Positions 37,209-46,141 of a DNA stretch of 64,000 nucleotides are shown here, one piece after another (the stretch's first letter is position 1; each line of letters begins with the position of its first letter). The notes beneath the pieces are model-generated. The model was not told the origin of the DNA, ran no database searches, and worked only from the letters and a program-made list of their open reading frames with translations. The translations under genes were made by a program, and so were the position numbers. The stretch is from Candidatus Adlerbacteria bacterium (GTDB lineage: Bacteria; Patescibacteriota; Minisyncoccia; Phycocordibacterales; SBAW01). Location: NCBI GenBank assembly GCA_028286685.1, contig JAQBRA010000005.1:80726-144725 (forward strand), written 5' to 3'.

Positions 37209-38030
37209 ATGGACCTTAAACAAATAGCCTGGGGCGCGGGAATTCTATTGGCACTCGCTTTGGTGTTTGGCATCTGGGCGTCCTACACCACTCCCGCCAA
37301 GGTTGAAACTCCGCAGCAGCAGGCCCTCGCCGGCACCCTGCAGCCCAATGGCGATTACAAATACAGCGAGTCGACCGAAATCTACACGATAGAGGCTTCC
37401 TGGCCCGAAAAGGTGCCATTGGCCACTGCCGAAGCAAGCGCCAAGGCCCGTTTTGCAATCGAGCAAGGGCTTTCCGACGAGATAAACCGCTTTAAGGCGG
37501 ACAGCAATTTTGCCGGCATGACGCAGGCAGATATCGAGATGATGGGCATCGGCGGCGACCGCAAGTATGCCCTGGCGCTGGAATATAAGGATTATGACGC
37601 TCCGGGCTACCACTCGTATGCTTACACCGTATATGCCGACACCTTGGGCGCGCATCCCAACGGCTACTTCAAGACGTTCGTGTTTGATGTCGAGGGTAAC
37701 CGCGTCATGCTCGCCGACCTGTTTGACCCTTCTGTCAACTGGCTCGAGGAGCTTTCCCTGCTGGTTTCCAATGATGTAACTGCTCAGATGAAAGCTCGGC
37801 TGGGGGAGAGCCTCCCGCAGGGCGACGAGGGCCCGGACCTGACCGGCGCCATCTTCCCCGAAGGCCTCTCTCCGTCAGAGGAAAACTTCCAGAACTTCGT
37901 TATCGACGGGGATGCGCTGGTTATTCTCATCCCGCCGTACCAGGTGGCCGCCTATGCTGCAGGCTCCTTCGAGGTCCGCATCCCGTTTGCAGACATTGCA
38001 AGCAATCTGAAGGTGGGCGTGATGCGATAG
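37209..38030 (+). CDS. DUF3298/RsiV-family membrane-anchored protein
   Basis: TM; TLGAHPN, LADLF, PPYQVAAYAAG motifs. Confidence 0.85.
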   Translation: MDLKQIAWGAGILLALALVFGIWASYTTPAKVETPQQQALAGTLQPNGDYKYSESTEIYTIEASWPEKVPLATAEASAKARFAIEQGLSDEINRFKADSNFAGMTQADIEMMGIGGDRKYALALEYKDYDAPGYHSYAYTVYADTLGAHPNGYFKTFVFDVEGNRVMLADLFDPSVNWLEELSLLVSNDVTAQMKARLGESLPQGDEGPDLTGAIFPEGLSPSEENFQNFVIDGDALVILIPPYQVAAYAAGSFEVRIPFADIASNLKVGVMR

Positions 38031-38108
38031 GCCATACAAGAACTCCCGCAGAAACGAAAAAGCCCCGAATATTCGGGGCTTTTTCGTTCGAGGGGATGAA
38101 ACAGCTAG

Positions 38109-38381
38109 CTACTTCACTGCCTCCTTGAGAGCCTTGGCGGGCTGGAACTTGGGCACGCGCATGGCGGGGACCTGTACGGTCGCGCCCGTGCGCGGGTTGC
38201 GGGCCTGGCGCGCGGCGCGCATCTTGGTCTTAAAGATGCCAAGACCGGCTACGGAGACCTCGCCGCCCGACTTCAACTCGGTGACGATGCAATCGATCAT
38301 GGTCTCGACTGCGCGTTCCGCATCGGCCTTGGTAGAACCCAAGACGCCGTGCACTTTCTCCGCGATATCTTGCTTGTTCAT
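38109..38381 (-). CDS. hup: DNA-binding protein HU
   Basis: MNKQDI, GLGIF, RAARQARNPRTG, VPKFQPAKALKEAV. Confidence 0.96.
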   Translation of the reverse strand: MNKQDIAEKVHGVLGSTKADAERAVETMIDCIVTELKSGGEVSVAGLGIFKTKMRAARQARNPRTGATVQVPAMRVPKFQPAKALKEAVK

Positions 38382-38482
38382 AGCGAAATATGTTGGCTGG
38401 TAAAGGTTTTGCCCTGCGCCGCTAGTATACCCCCCTCAAAAAAGCTTGCAACAAAGGGCGGGGGATAGACAAGAGCTGGTTT

Positions 38483-40012
38483 TTACCGAGCAAACTCTAT
38501 AGCGCGCAGCTCGCGGATGACATTTATCTTTATCTCTCCGGGGTATTTCAGCTCGTTTTCGATGCGGAGCGCTATGTTGCGGGCTAATTCGCGGGCCTGG
38601 AAGTCGGTCATATCCTCGGGCTTAACGAACACGCGCACTTCGCGCCCGGCTGAAATGGCGTAGGACTTCTCCACGCCTTCAAACGAGTTAGCAATGCCTT
38701 CAATGTCTTGGAGGCGCTTGATGTATTGCTCGACCGAGTCGCGGCGAGCGCCCGGACGTCCGCCTGAGATAGCATCGGCCACCTGCACGATGTAGGACTC
38801 CAGGGTCTCGTACGGGTATTCCTCGTGGTGGGCCTGCATGGCCTTTATGACTTCCTCCTGGACGCCGAACTTCTGCAGCACGCGGCGGCCGATCTCCACG
38901 TGCGTGCCCTGTACTTCGTGGTCAAGCGCCTTGCCTATGTCGTGCAAGAGGGCGCCTGCACGGGCCACTTGCGGGTTCGCACCCAGCTCTTCGGCGAGCA
39001 TGCCGGCAATGTGGGCCATTTCTATGGAGTGCTGCAGCACCGACTGCCCGTAGCTGGTGCGGAAATGGAGCCGGCCGAGGATCATGAGGAGCTTCGGATC
39101 GAGATTGAGGACTCCGGTCTCGAAGGCGGCCGCATCGGCCTTCTCCTTGATTATCTTGTTTGCCTCGGCTTTGCATTTCTCGACGATCTCCTCGATCTTG
39201 GCCGGCTGGATGCGGCCGTCGATTATAAGCTGCTCGAGCGCCATGCGCGCTATCGCGCGGCGCAGCGGATCGTAGGAAGAAAGCACGATAGAGCCTGGCG
39301 TGTCATCGATGATGACCTCGACGCCGGTAGCGCGCTCGAACGCCTTTATGTTGCGGCCCTCCTTGCCGATTATCTTGCCCTTAAGTTCGTCGTTGGGGAT
39401 AGTGATGGCGGTTGCCATGGTGTCGGAGGCGACCGAGTTTCCGAGGCGGTGTATGGCAGTCGTCAAAATCTCGCGGGCCTTGCGCTCGAGGCGCTCGTGC
39501 CCGTCGCGCTCCAGCTTGGTCGCGCGCATCATGAAGTCCTCGTCGGCTTCGCGCTCAATCTCCTGCATGAGCTGCGTTTTAGCCTCGTCCTTGGTCAGTC
39601 CGGCCACTTTGGCGAGCTCGCCTGCGCGCTCCGTCAGGAGCGTGTCGGCGCGCTCCTTGATGCTGCGGACCTCCTCGATCTTTCCCTTAAGCGCCTGGAC
39701 CTCCGAGTCGAGCTCGCCCTGCTTCTTGTCCAGGGCTTCCTCACGCTTAAAAACGCGCTCTTCGGCGCGGGTTACCTTCTCCTCTTTTTCAGCCACGGTC
39801 GCATCAAGCGAAGACATGACCTCTTTAGCCTTCTGGTCTGCCTCTTCGGTGATTTTCTGCGCTTGGACCTGGGCGTTGAGGACTATCTGCTTTACCTCTA
39901 TTTCGATCGAACCCTTACGGGCGAGTACCAAGAGCCAGCGCAGGACGTAGCCGAGCGCCGCTCCCCCCAAGGCCGCCAAGGCCAAGAGGACGAACACTAG
40001 TTTTAATGACAT
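38483..40012 (-). CDS. rny: Ribonuclease Y
   Basis: TM, coiled coil, KH (KGKIIGKEGRNI), HD (LLHDIGK), ADAISGGRPGAR. Confidence 0.96.
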   Translation of the reverse strand: MSLKLVFVLLALAALGGAALGYVLRWLLVLARKGSIEIEVKQIVLNAQVQAQKITEEADQKAKEVMSSLDATVAEKEEKVTRAEERVFKREEALDKKQGELDSEVQALKGKIEEVRSIKERADTLLTERAGELAKVAGLTKDEAKTQLMQEIEREADEDFMMRATKLERDGHERLERKAREILTTAIHRLGNSVASDTMATAITIPNDELKGKIIGKEGRNIKAFERATGVEVIIDDTPGSIVLSSYDPLRRAIARMALEQLIIDGRIQPAKIEEIVEKCKAEANKIIKEKADAAAFETGVLNLDPKLLMILGRLHFRTSYGQSVLQHSIEMAHIAGMLAEELGANPQVARAGALLHDIGKALDHEVQGTHVEIGRRVLQKFGVQEEVIKAMQAHHEEYPYETLESYIVQVADAISGGRPGARRDSVEQYIKRLQDIEGIANSFEGVEKSYAISAGREVRVFVKPEDMTDFQARELARNIALRIENELKYPGEIKINVIRELRAIEFAR

Positions 40013-40071
40013 AGAAAGGAATCATGAAGTTTGTAGTGAAATGCACAGCCTCAGAATAGCACAAAAGGCAA

Positions 40072-40162
40072 GGGCCGCAATTCTGCGGAAAATAGTCTGG
40101 CCCGAGAGCGCTCCGAGCGCGATACGGGAGATCCGAGGACTTTTTCTGCAGAATTGCGGCCC
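40072..40162. repeat. About 90-bp foldback element between clpP and rny
   Basis: GGGCCGCAATTCTGCGGAAAA ... TTTTCTGCAGAATTGCGGCCC with an internal GCGCT/AGCGC hairpin. Confidence 0.6.
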
Positions 40163-40171
40163 GGGGCCTGT

Positions 40172-40813
40172 TTACTTCTTCGAAGTGGGAGTGCTCAGGC
40201 CTTTCTGGGTAAAGATCGCATCAATGAGGCCGTACTTCTTAGCGTCCTCGGCCATCATGAAGTAGTCGCGGTCCACATCCTTCTCCACTTTCTCGAGCGG
40301 CTGGCCCGATGCCTTGGCAAGAATCTTGTTGAGGCGCTCGCGGGTTGCGATGATGTGCTTGGCGGTAATCTCGATGTCGGTCGCCTGGCCCTGGGCTCCG
40401 CCCCATGGCTGGTGGATCATGACCTCGGCGTTAGGCAGGGCAAAGCGCTTGCCTTTTTCTCCGACGGCCAGGATGACTGCTGCGGCGGAGGCGGCCATGC
40501 CCACGCATACGGTAGCAACGTCCGGCTTAACGTGGTTCATGGTGTCGAGTATCGCCAAGCCGGCCGAGACCGAGCCGCCAGGAGAGTTGATGTAGATGTG
40601 GATGTCCTTCTTGGGATCCTCGGACTCCAAGAAGAGGAGCTGCGCGATGATGAGGTTGGCCATATGGTCCTCGATAGGGCCGGTAAGGAAGATAATGCGC
40701 TCCCTAAGCAGGCGCGAGAATATGTCGTACGCGCGCTCGCCGTACGGCGACTTCTCGATAACCATGGGCACGAGCTGGTTTCGGAATCCTTCGGAGTGGT
40801 CGTTGTTTTGCAT
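40172..40813 (-). CDS. clpP: ATP-dependent Clp protease proteolytic subunit
   Basis: [34 protein letters not shown]; TATACT 6 nt before ATG 40813. Confidence 0.97.
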   Translation of the reverse strand: MQNNDHSEGFRNQLVPMVIEKSPYGERAYDIFSRLLRERIIFLTGPIEDHMANLIIAQLLFLESEDPKKDIHIYINSPGGSVSAGLAILDTMNHVKPDVATVCVGMAASAAAVILAVGEKGKRFALPNAEVMIHQPWGGAQGQATDIEITAKHIIATRERLNKILAKASGQPLEKVEKDVDRDYFMMAEDAKKYGLIDAIFTQKGLSTPTSKK

Positions 40814-40920
40814 GGGCACAGTATAGTTCTTGACGCCCCAACTTTCAAGGGTGATAATGCGCAGGCAGGGCAATTCTCTTAGTCGTCCAACTTTTGGCGG
40901 CTCAACCACCAGGGGCTATC

Positions 40921-41151
40921 ATGTCGAACTACATTCTCGCTGTCGGCGCTTGCATCGTGTTGGTCATTATTGCGTCGATGGGTGCCGTGCACTACGTCGA
41001 AGTCTTCTACTCGACGGAAGCCGCAGCCACCTCCCTCTACGTAGCCGCTCCATGCGCAGCCTTCCTGATAGGGCTTATCCTTGTCATGTTTGAGGATTTG
41101 CGCATCCGGCTCACGCTGCAATCCCGGGCAGAACGCGGGTTCCATGGGTAA
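40921..41151 (+). CDS. Small two-TM hypothetical protein
   Basis: TTGACG-17-GATAAT promoter (40830-40858), AGGGG leader, downstream terminator. Confidence 0.6.
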   Translation: MSNYILAVGACIVLVIIASMGAVHYVEVFYSTEAAATSLYVAAPCAAFLIGLILVMFEDLRIRLTLQSRAERGFHG

Positions 41152-41390
41152 CTAAGTGGACGTTCTTTCGTTCATAAAGCGCCTTCGGGTGCTTAAAGGC
41201 CGGACTTCGTGTCCGGCCTTTTTTTTCCTATTCCCAAAAGTTGATAACTCCTTTGACGCAGTAAGCGAGCAGGAGTATAACTCACCACTAGACGGTCTTG
41301 TTTGGTAAAGCATGTCGTGGTCAGGCGCGTCGGGTGCCAACCGCTCTGCAGGGAATCTGCACCAACTACCCCAAAAACGGGGAAGGTGTC

Positions 41391-41537
41391 ATGAAAGTGT
41401 GGAAGTTTGACCATAGGTCGGGACGTCACAGGCTGTGCATCAAGAAAACTTCCTTGGCGGCCAAAGCGGCCCTGGTCAAGTGTTTGGCCAGAATCGAAGG
41501 CGCGCGCCATCTGGGCGCAAAGACGGTTCGTTCATAG
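41391..41537 (+). CDS. 48-aa basic hypothetical protein
   Basis: TTGACG-17-TATAAC promoter (41253-41281), GGGGAAGG leader, terminator AGGCCTGG/TCAGGCCT-TTTT. Confidence 0.5.
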   Translation: MKVWKFDHRSGRHRLCIKKTSLAAKAALVKCLARIEGARHLGAKTVRS

Positions 41538-41695
41538 AGCCGCAAGCAAAAATATTAGAGGCCTGGTCGCAAGATCAGGCCTTTTTCCTTGCAAAATGAG
41601 GGTATTTTAGGAGAAGTAGAGGATACTTGACAAAACAGCAATATGGGAGTATAATATAAATATAGGATGATCTTTGAGCAAGAGGGAGAGCGACC

Positions 41696-41887
41696 ATGAT
41701 CACTTCGACTTTTGCTGGTCTGGCCCTCCTGGCCGCAGCATACTCCACCCATGTGCCGATGCCGGTAGTTGAGCTGGAGGATCTGCTCCAGCTCCCTGTT
41801 TCGGAAGAAGTACAACAGCCTAGCTATAAGGGCCCATACGCAGAGTACTGCGAGATCCATGCAGATGATAAAGAAGTGTGCGACTAA
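41696..41887 (+). CDS. Small secreted hypothetical protein
   Basis: Consensus TTGACA-17-TATAAT (41627-41655), GAGGGAG leader, signal-like N-terminus, terminator. Confidence 0.6.
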   Translation: MITSTFAGLALLAAAYSTHVPMPVVELEDLLQLPVSEEVQQPSYKGPYAEYCEIHADDKEVCD

Positions 41888-41939
41888 AAAGGCGGACCGG
41901 AATTTCTCCGGCCCGCCTTTTCTACTGCCTAAATAAATT

Positions 41940-42980
41940 TTACTTGGTTCCCTCCAGGAGTTTCAGGACCTGCTCGTTGCGCAGCACGGTCTCGATGTGG
42001 ACCTTAACGAGGTCCGGCTTGGCCTCGGGGAAGTGCTCGAGCGCATGCTTCATCTCGGCCTCGATTGCGGTCGGGTCGGCCTCAACCTTCTCGTCCTCAG
42101 CAATCTTGTTAAGCAGGAGCTGGAGCTTGGCGCGCTTGCGGGCCTGGTCGCGGAACTCATCCTTCATGTCGTCCTGCGACTTGCCGACGCGCTTGAGGTA
42201 GTCGTCCATGGTCATGCCCATGCGCTCGATATCCTCGCCCATCTGCGCCAAAATCTTCTGCAGCTCGCTTTCAACAAATATCGCGGGCACGGCAAGGTCG
42301 GACTTCTCAAGCAATGCCTCGATCAGCTTGCCGCGGCGCTTGTCGCGCGCCTGGCGGGCCTTCTCCTCGGTGATGCCTTTGGTTATCTGCTCGCGCAGCG
42401 CCACGAGCGATTCAAACGCGCCCACAGATTTGGCAAACTCGTCGTTGAGCTCCGGCAGTACGGGCTCCTGGCCCTCTTCGGCCTTAGGTGCGCGGCTGCG
42501 GCGCAGGTCTTCAAGCGTCTTATCTACCTCCTCTTGCGTGGCCGGCTCTGCCGCTTCAAGAGCGACTTCCTCGGTAAGCTTCTTCCAGTCCTTGGGGACT
42601 TCCACAGCAGGGTAGACGCTGGCGCGCACAATGAGTCCTACGGGATTACCGGGAGCAAGCTTGGTGATGGCGACGTTGGGGCGGCCGATAGCGTCCACCT
42701 TGTGCGCCTCTATAAGCTCGAGATAAAAATCCTTAACAAACAGCTCGACCGCCTCTTCCAAAACGGCAATTTCACCTACATTCTTAAGCGCCATGTCAGC
42801 CGGCACTTTGCCCGGGCGGAAGCCTGGCAAGTTTAGGTGCTCGGCGATGTGCGCCAGGGCCTGGGTGCGGTACGGCTCCACGGCCTCATAGGGAACGTCC
42901 CCTGAAAGCTCAACTTCGGAGTCCGGCAGGCTCTTAAGCGCGAATTGCTTCGCTATGTCTGCAAATGTATTCGATTCCAT
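41940..42980 (-). CDS. tig: Trigger factor lacking the PPIase domain
   Basis: PGFRPGKVP ribosome-binding motif; LPELNDEFAK C-domain; only 346 aa. Confidence 0.92.
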   Translation of the reverse strand: MESNTFADIAKQFALKSLPDSEVELSGDVPYEAVEPYRTQALAHIAEHLNLPGFRPGKVPADMALKNVGEIAVLEEAVELFVKDFYLELIEAHKVDAIGRPNVAITKLAPGNPVGLIVRASVYPAVEVPKDWKKLTEEVALEAAEPATQEEVDKTLEDLRRSRAPKAEEGQEPVLPELNDEFAKSVGAFESLVALREQITKGITEEKARQARDKRRGKLIEALLEKSDLAVPAIFVESELQKILAQMGEDIERMGMTMDDYLKRVGKSQDDMKDEFRDQARKRAKLQLLLNKIAEDEKVEADPTAIEAEMKHALEHFPEAKPDLVKVHIETVLRNEQVLKLLEGTK

Positions 42981-43009
42981 TCGGGCGATAGTAGCAGATT
43001 TCGCCCGAA

Positions 43010-43294
43010 TTACAAAGCGTTATTGAGGTCGGTGACGTCGGCATCGGCGCCGCTGGTGCCCGTTGCGTCGAGGTCTGCCTGCATGGCATCTACGGATTCA
43101 TCTGATGCCGTAGCGGTCTCGGCACCCTGCGCTGCATTCAACTGCTCCTCAGCTGCCGCCTGCTTCTGCTGCTGTTCATAAAAGAAATAGAATCCGCCGG
43201 CTGCAAGCAGGAGAACTATTATTACTGCGGCAGCCAAGGGGCCGACATTGCCGGAGCCGGGCGCTGGCTGTGTAGGAAAAGGGTTCTGGTCCAT
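43010..43294 (-). CDS. Small single-TM protein
   Basis: GPLAAAVIIVLLLAAGGFYF; acidic tail SDESVDAMQADL. Confidence 0.7.
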   Translation of the reverse strand: MDQNPFPTQPAPGSGNVGPLAAAVIIVLLLAAGGFYFFYEQQQKQAAAEEQLNAAQGAETATASDESVDAMQADLDATGTSGADADVTDLNNAL

Positions 43295-43316
43295 ATAAGC
43301 GTCGATTAGCGGTTAA

Positions 43317-44033
43317 TTATCTGGTAATTGTAGTCTGGGTAGTTGAGGTGGCCGTAGCCTCGGCTCTGATCGAGCGCAGCAGCGTTCCTAAGTCGTCCTT
43401 GGCGAGCTTGAGTGCATCCTCGGCAGCCTTTACCGCGCTGCGCACCGCCGGTATTTCCGCTTTCGGGGTCGTAGTAGCCATTGCAGCCTGGAGCGTCGCA
43501 TTGACGGAGATTATCTTGTCGTCTGCAGCGTCAATGCTCGCGCGAGCCTCAGCGAGAAGCGCTATCGAGGCGTCCATGTCGCGGCCCCCTGCCTCGAGTT
43601 CGCCTATGCGGTCTTCGGCGCGATCGGCAATTGAGGCAAGGCGCACCGAGGTAGAGGCGAGCCGATCAGACACTTGGCCGACCAGTTTTTCCACCCGATC
43701 GCCGAAGCGCTCATGAGCCTTCTCGCGGGCCTCTTTGGCGCGCTCCTGCATAGTACCGCGCTTCTGCTCAACCAGTGCATGGATGGCATCGAGCTTCTTC
43801 TTGATAACTTCGCGCGTGGTCGAGGCAGTCCCCTTAAGCTCGGCGCGGGTGGTAGAGGCAACGTTTCGTATCGCAGGCCCTAGTTTTTGTAGTGCCGCCG
43901 GACGGAGCTTTTCCATCGTGGTCGAGGCGTGCATCTCAGCTTTGAGGTTTGGGCGCACATCTTCTGTCTGCGCGAGCACAAAAGACGGAGCAAGGAGAAG
44001 CGAGGCGGCTACAAGGGTGGCGAGTTTTTTCAT
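43317..44033 (-). CDS. Secreted helical/coiled-coil protein
   Basis: Signal peptide; repeated ASTT-like motifs. Confidence 0.75.
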   Translation of the reverse strand: MKKLATLVAASLLLAPSFVLAQTEDVRPNLKAEMHASTTMEKLRPAALQKLGPAIRNVASTTRAELKGTASTTREVIKKKLDAIHALVEQKRGTMQERAKEAREKAHERFGDRVEKLVGQVSDRLASTSVRLASIADRAEDRIGELEAGGRDMDASIALLAEARASIDAADDKIISVNATLQAAMATTTPKAEIPAVRSAVKAAEDALKLAKDDLGTLLRSIRAEATATSTTQTTITR

Positions 44034-44145
44034 AGAGAGGCGGAAGTAAATTAATCTGTTACTGCGTATCTAAAGTATACGTGAAATGCCCGTCATGTGA
44101 TGACGGGCATGGGGAGAGGGAATTACTGCGGCGCTTATAAGGGCT

Positions 44146-44682
44146 CTACTGCGCCTTTCTTTGCTGGTAGATCGAAACTGACTTCTTCACGGCTTCTAGT
44201 GCCGCTGCCTTGTCATAGATGCCTTTTATCTCGACCGGGGCCGGCTTGCCCTTAAGGGCCTTGTAGGTCTCGAAGAAATGCTGGAACTCCTTGAGGCTGT
44301 GCTTGTTTATGTCTTTGAGGTCCTGCACGTCGTCCCAGCGCTTATCTTCCACAGGCACGGCGATGATTTTGTAGTCGCTTTCCCCGCCGTCGACCATGTC
44401 GATGACTGCCACGGGGCGCACGGCTACCAGTATGCCCGGGTGCAAAGGGAACGTGGTCAGCACGATGACGTCGAGAGGATCGCCATCCTCCCACAGGGTC
44501 TGCGGCGCAAAGCCGTAGTCGAACGGAAAGGGGGCCGAGGAGTAGTTGGCGCGATCGAGCTTGATGAGGCCCGTGTCCTTGTCGACTTCATACTTGTTTG
44601 CGGAACCCTTCGGGATCTCGATGATGACGTTTATTTCGTTCGGTGCGTCATCGCCCAGGGGTACGTCGTGCCAGAGGTTCAT
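44146..44682 (-). CDS. ppa: Inorganic pyrophosphatase (family I)
   Basis: EIPKGSANKYE, DGDPLD, HFFETYK. Confidence 0.96.
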   Translation of the reverse strand: MNLWHDVPLGDDAPNEINVIIEIPKGSANKYEVDKDTGLIKLDRANYSSAPFPFDYGFAPQTLWEDGDPLDVIVLTTFPLHPGILVAVRPVAVIDMVDGGESDYKIIAVPVEDKRWDDVQDLKDINKHSLKEFQHFFETYKALKGKPAPVEIKGIYDKAAALEAVKKSVSIYQQRKAQ

Positions 44683-44797
44683 ATAGTAAAAATTAAATAG
44701 ACTGACTTAATAACCCATACATCATATATAGCGGCGGCGCATAGTGCAATAAAGAAAAAGCCCGGACGCATGTCCGGGCTTTTTCTTTTTGATTTGT

Positions 44798-46000
44798 TTA
44801 CTCAGCTTCGAGCGGCGGGGGAGCGATGTCGGCCGGGTTAGGGGCGTCCGCTATATCTTTGTCGGAGGTCGGCTTGGTGCCGCCAACGCTCTGGATATCA
44901 AGGCGCCAGCCGGTGAGCTTGGCCGCCAAGCGCACGTTCTGTCCGCCGCGCCCGATTGCCAAAGACTGCTGGTCGTCGGCAACCTTAACCAGGGCCTGGT
45001 GCTGCTCCTCGTCGAGGTTCACCTCGAGTATGCGGGCCGGAGAGAGCGCCTCCTCGATAAAGCCCTTGGTATCCTCGTTCCACTCGATAATATCGATCTT
45101 CTCGCCGCCGAGCTCGGAGGTAACGGTCGAGACGCGCACGCCGCGCTGGCCAACGAGGGAGCCTACCGGGTCCACATGCGGATCGGTCGAGGTAACGGCC
45201 ACTTTGGAGCGACTGCCGGCCTCGCGCGCGATAGCCTTGAAAATGACGGTGCCGTGGGCAACCTCGGGTACCTCGAGCTCGAAGAGCTTCTTGAGGAAGT
45301 CAGGATGCGCGCGGGACATGCGCAGGTAAATGCCGCGAGGAGACTCCTCTACTTGGTAGAGGAGGGCGCGGATGCGCTCGCCCTGGCGGTAGCGCTCTCC
45401 CGGGATCTGCTCGTCGTAGGGGAGTATGCCGGTAGCGCGGCCCAAGTCGATGTAGATATTGCCGCGCTCCATGCGCTGCACGGTGCCGCTAACGATATCG
45501 CCCTGGCGCGCACCGTACTCGGCAACGACCGAGACCTTCTCAGCCTCGCGGATCTTCTGGATGATGACCTGCTTGGCGGTCTGGGCGGCGATGCGGCCGT
45601 AGTCGTCCTTGGCTTCAAGCGGGAAGACGAGCTCTTCGCCTACCTGGACGTCGCGCTTGATGAACTTGGCATCGGCCAAGAGGATATGCTGCTCGGGGTT
45701 GTAGCGCGGCAGCTCGGGAACAATGTTGCCCTCGGCATCAAGCTCCGGCTCCTCTTCCTCTTCGCCTTCCTCCTCCATGCGCACCGTCGACTCGTCGACG
45801 ACCTCCTTTACCTGCTCGAACTCGGTCGTGCCGGCGCTCATGTCCAGGCGGGCGCGGATAACCTGGCCCTTCTTGGCGTACTCCTTCTTATATGCGGTCG
45901 CCAAAGCGGCCTCGATGGCCTCGATAACCTTCTCGCGCGGGATGCCCTTCTCTTCTTCGAGCTCGCCGAGGACCGAGTTCATTACTTTTAAATCCATCAT
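44798..46000 (-). CDS. nusA: Transcription termination/antitermination factor NusA
   Basis: GRIAAQTAKQVI, AREAGSRSK, LAIGRGGQNVRLA. Confidence 0.97.
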   Translation of the reverse strand: MMDLKVMNSVLGELEEEKGIPREKVIEAIEAALATAYKKEYAKKGQVIRARLDMSAGTTEFEQVKEVVDESTVRMEEEGEEEEEPELDAEGNIVPELPRYNPEQHILLADAKFIKRDVQVGEELVFPLEAKDDYGRIAAQTAKQVIIQKIREAEKVSVVAEYGARQGDIVSGTVQRMERGNIYIDLGRATGILPYDEQIPGERYRQGERIRALLYQVEESPRGIYLRMSRAHPDFLKKLFELEVPEVAHGTVIFKAIAREAGSRSKVAVTSTDPHVDPVGSLVGQRGVRVSTVTSELGGEKIDIIEWNEDTKGFIEEALSPARILEVNLDEEQHQALVKVADDQQSLAIGRGGQNVRLAAKLTGWRLDIQSVGGTKPTSDKDIADAPNPADIAPPPLEAE

Positions 46001-46141
46001 ATATGGGTGCGTTATTTAAATTTTTTAAGTCTGAAGCCTCTTTCCGTTTGGAAAAAAGAAAGACCGCCCACTCGGGGCAGTCATTCAGATACGTTTATCC
46101 TACCCCCAGGCCCGTATAAAGTCAATAGTGTTATATAATGA

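Noticed and set aside
46040-46090. GACTGCCC-CGAGT-GGGCGGTC hairpin upstream of nusA as a novel RNA
   Set aside because: It is most simply a rimP/nusA-type leader or attenuator hairpin, and is too short to claim more.
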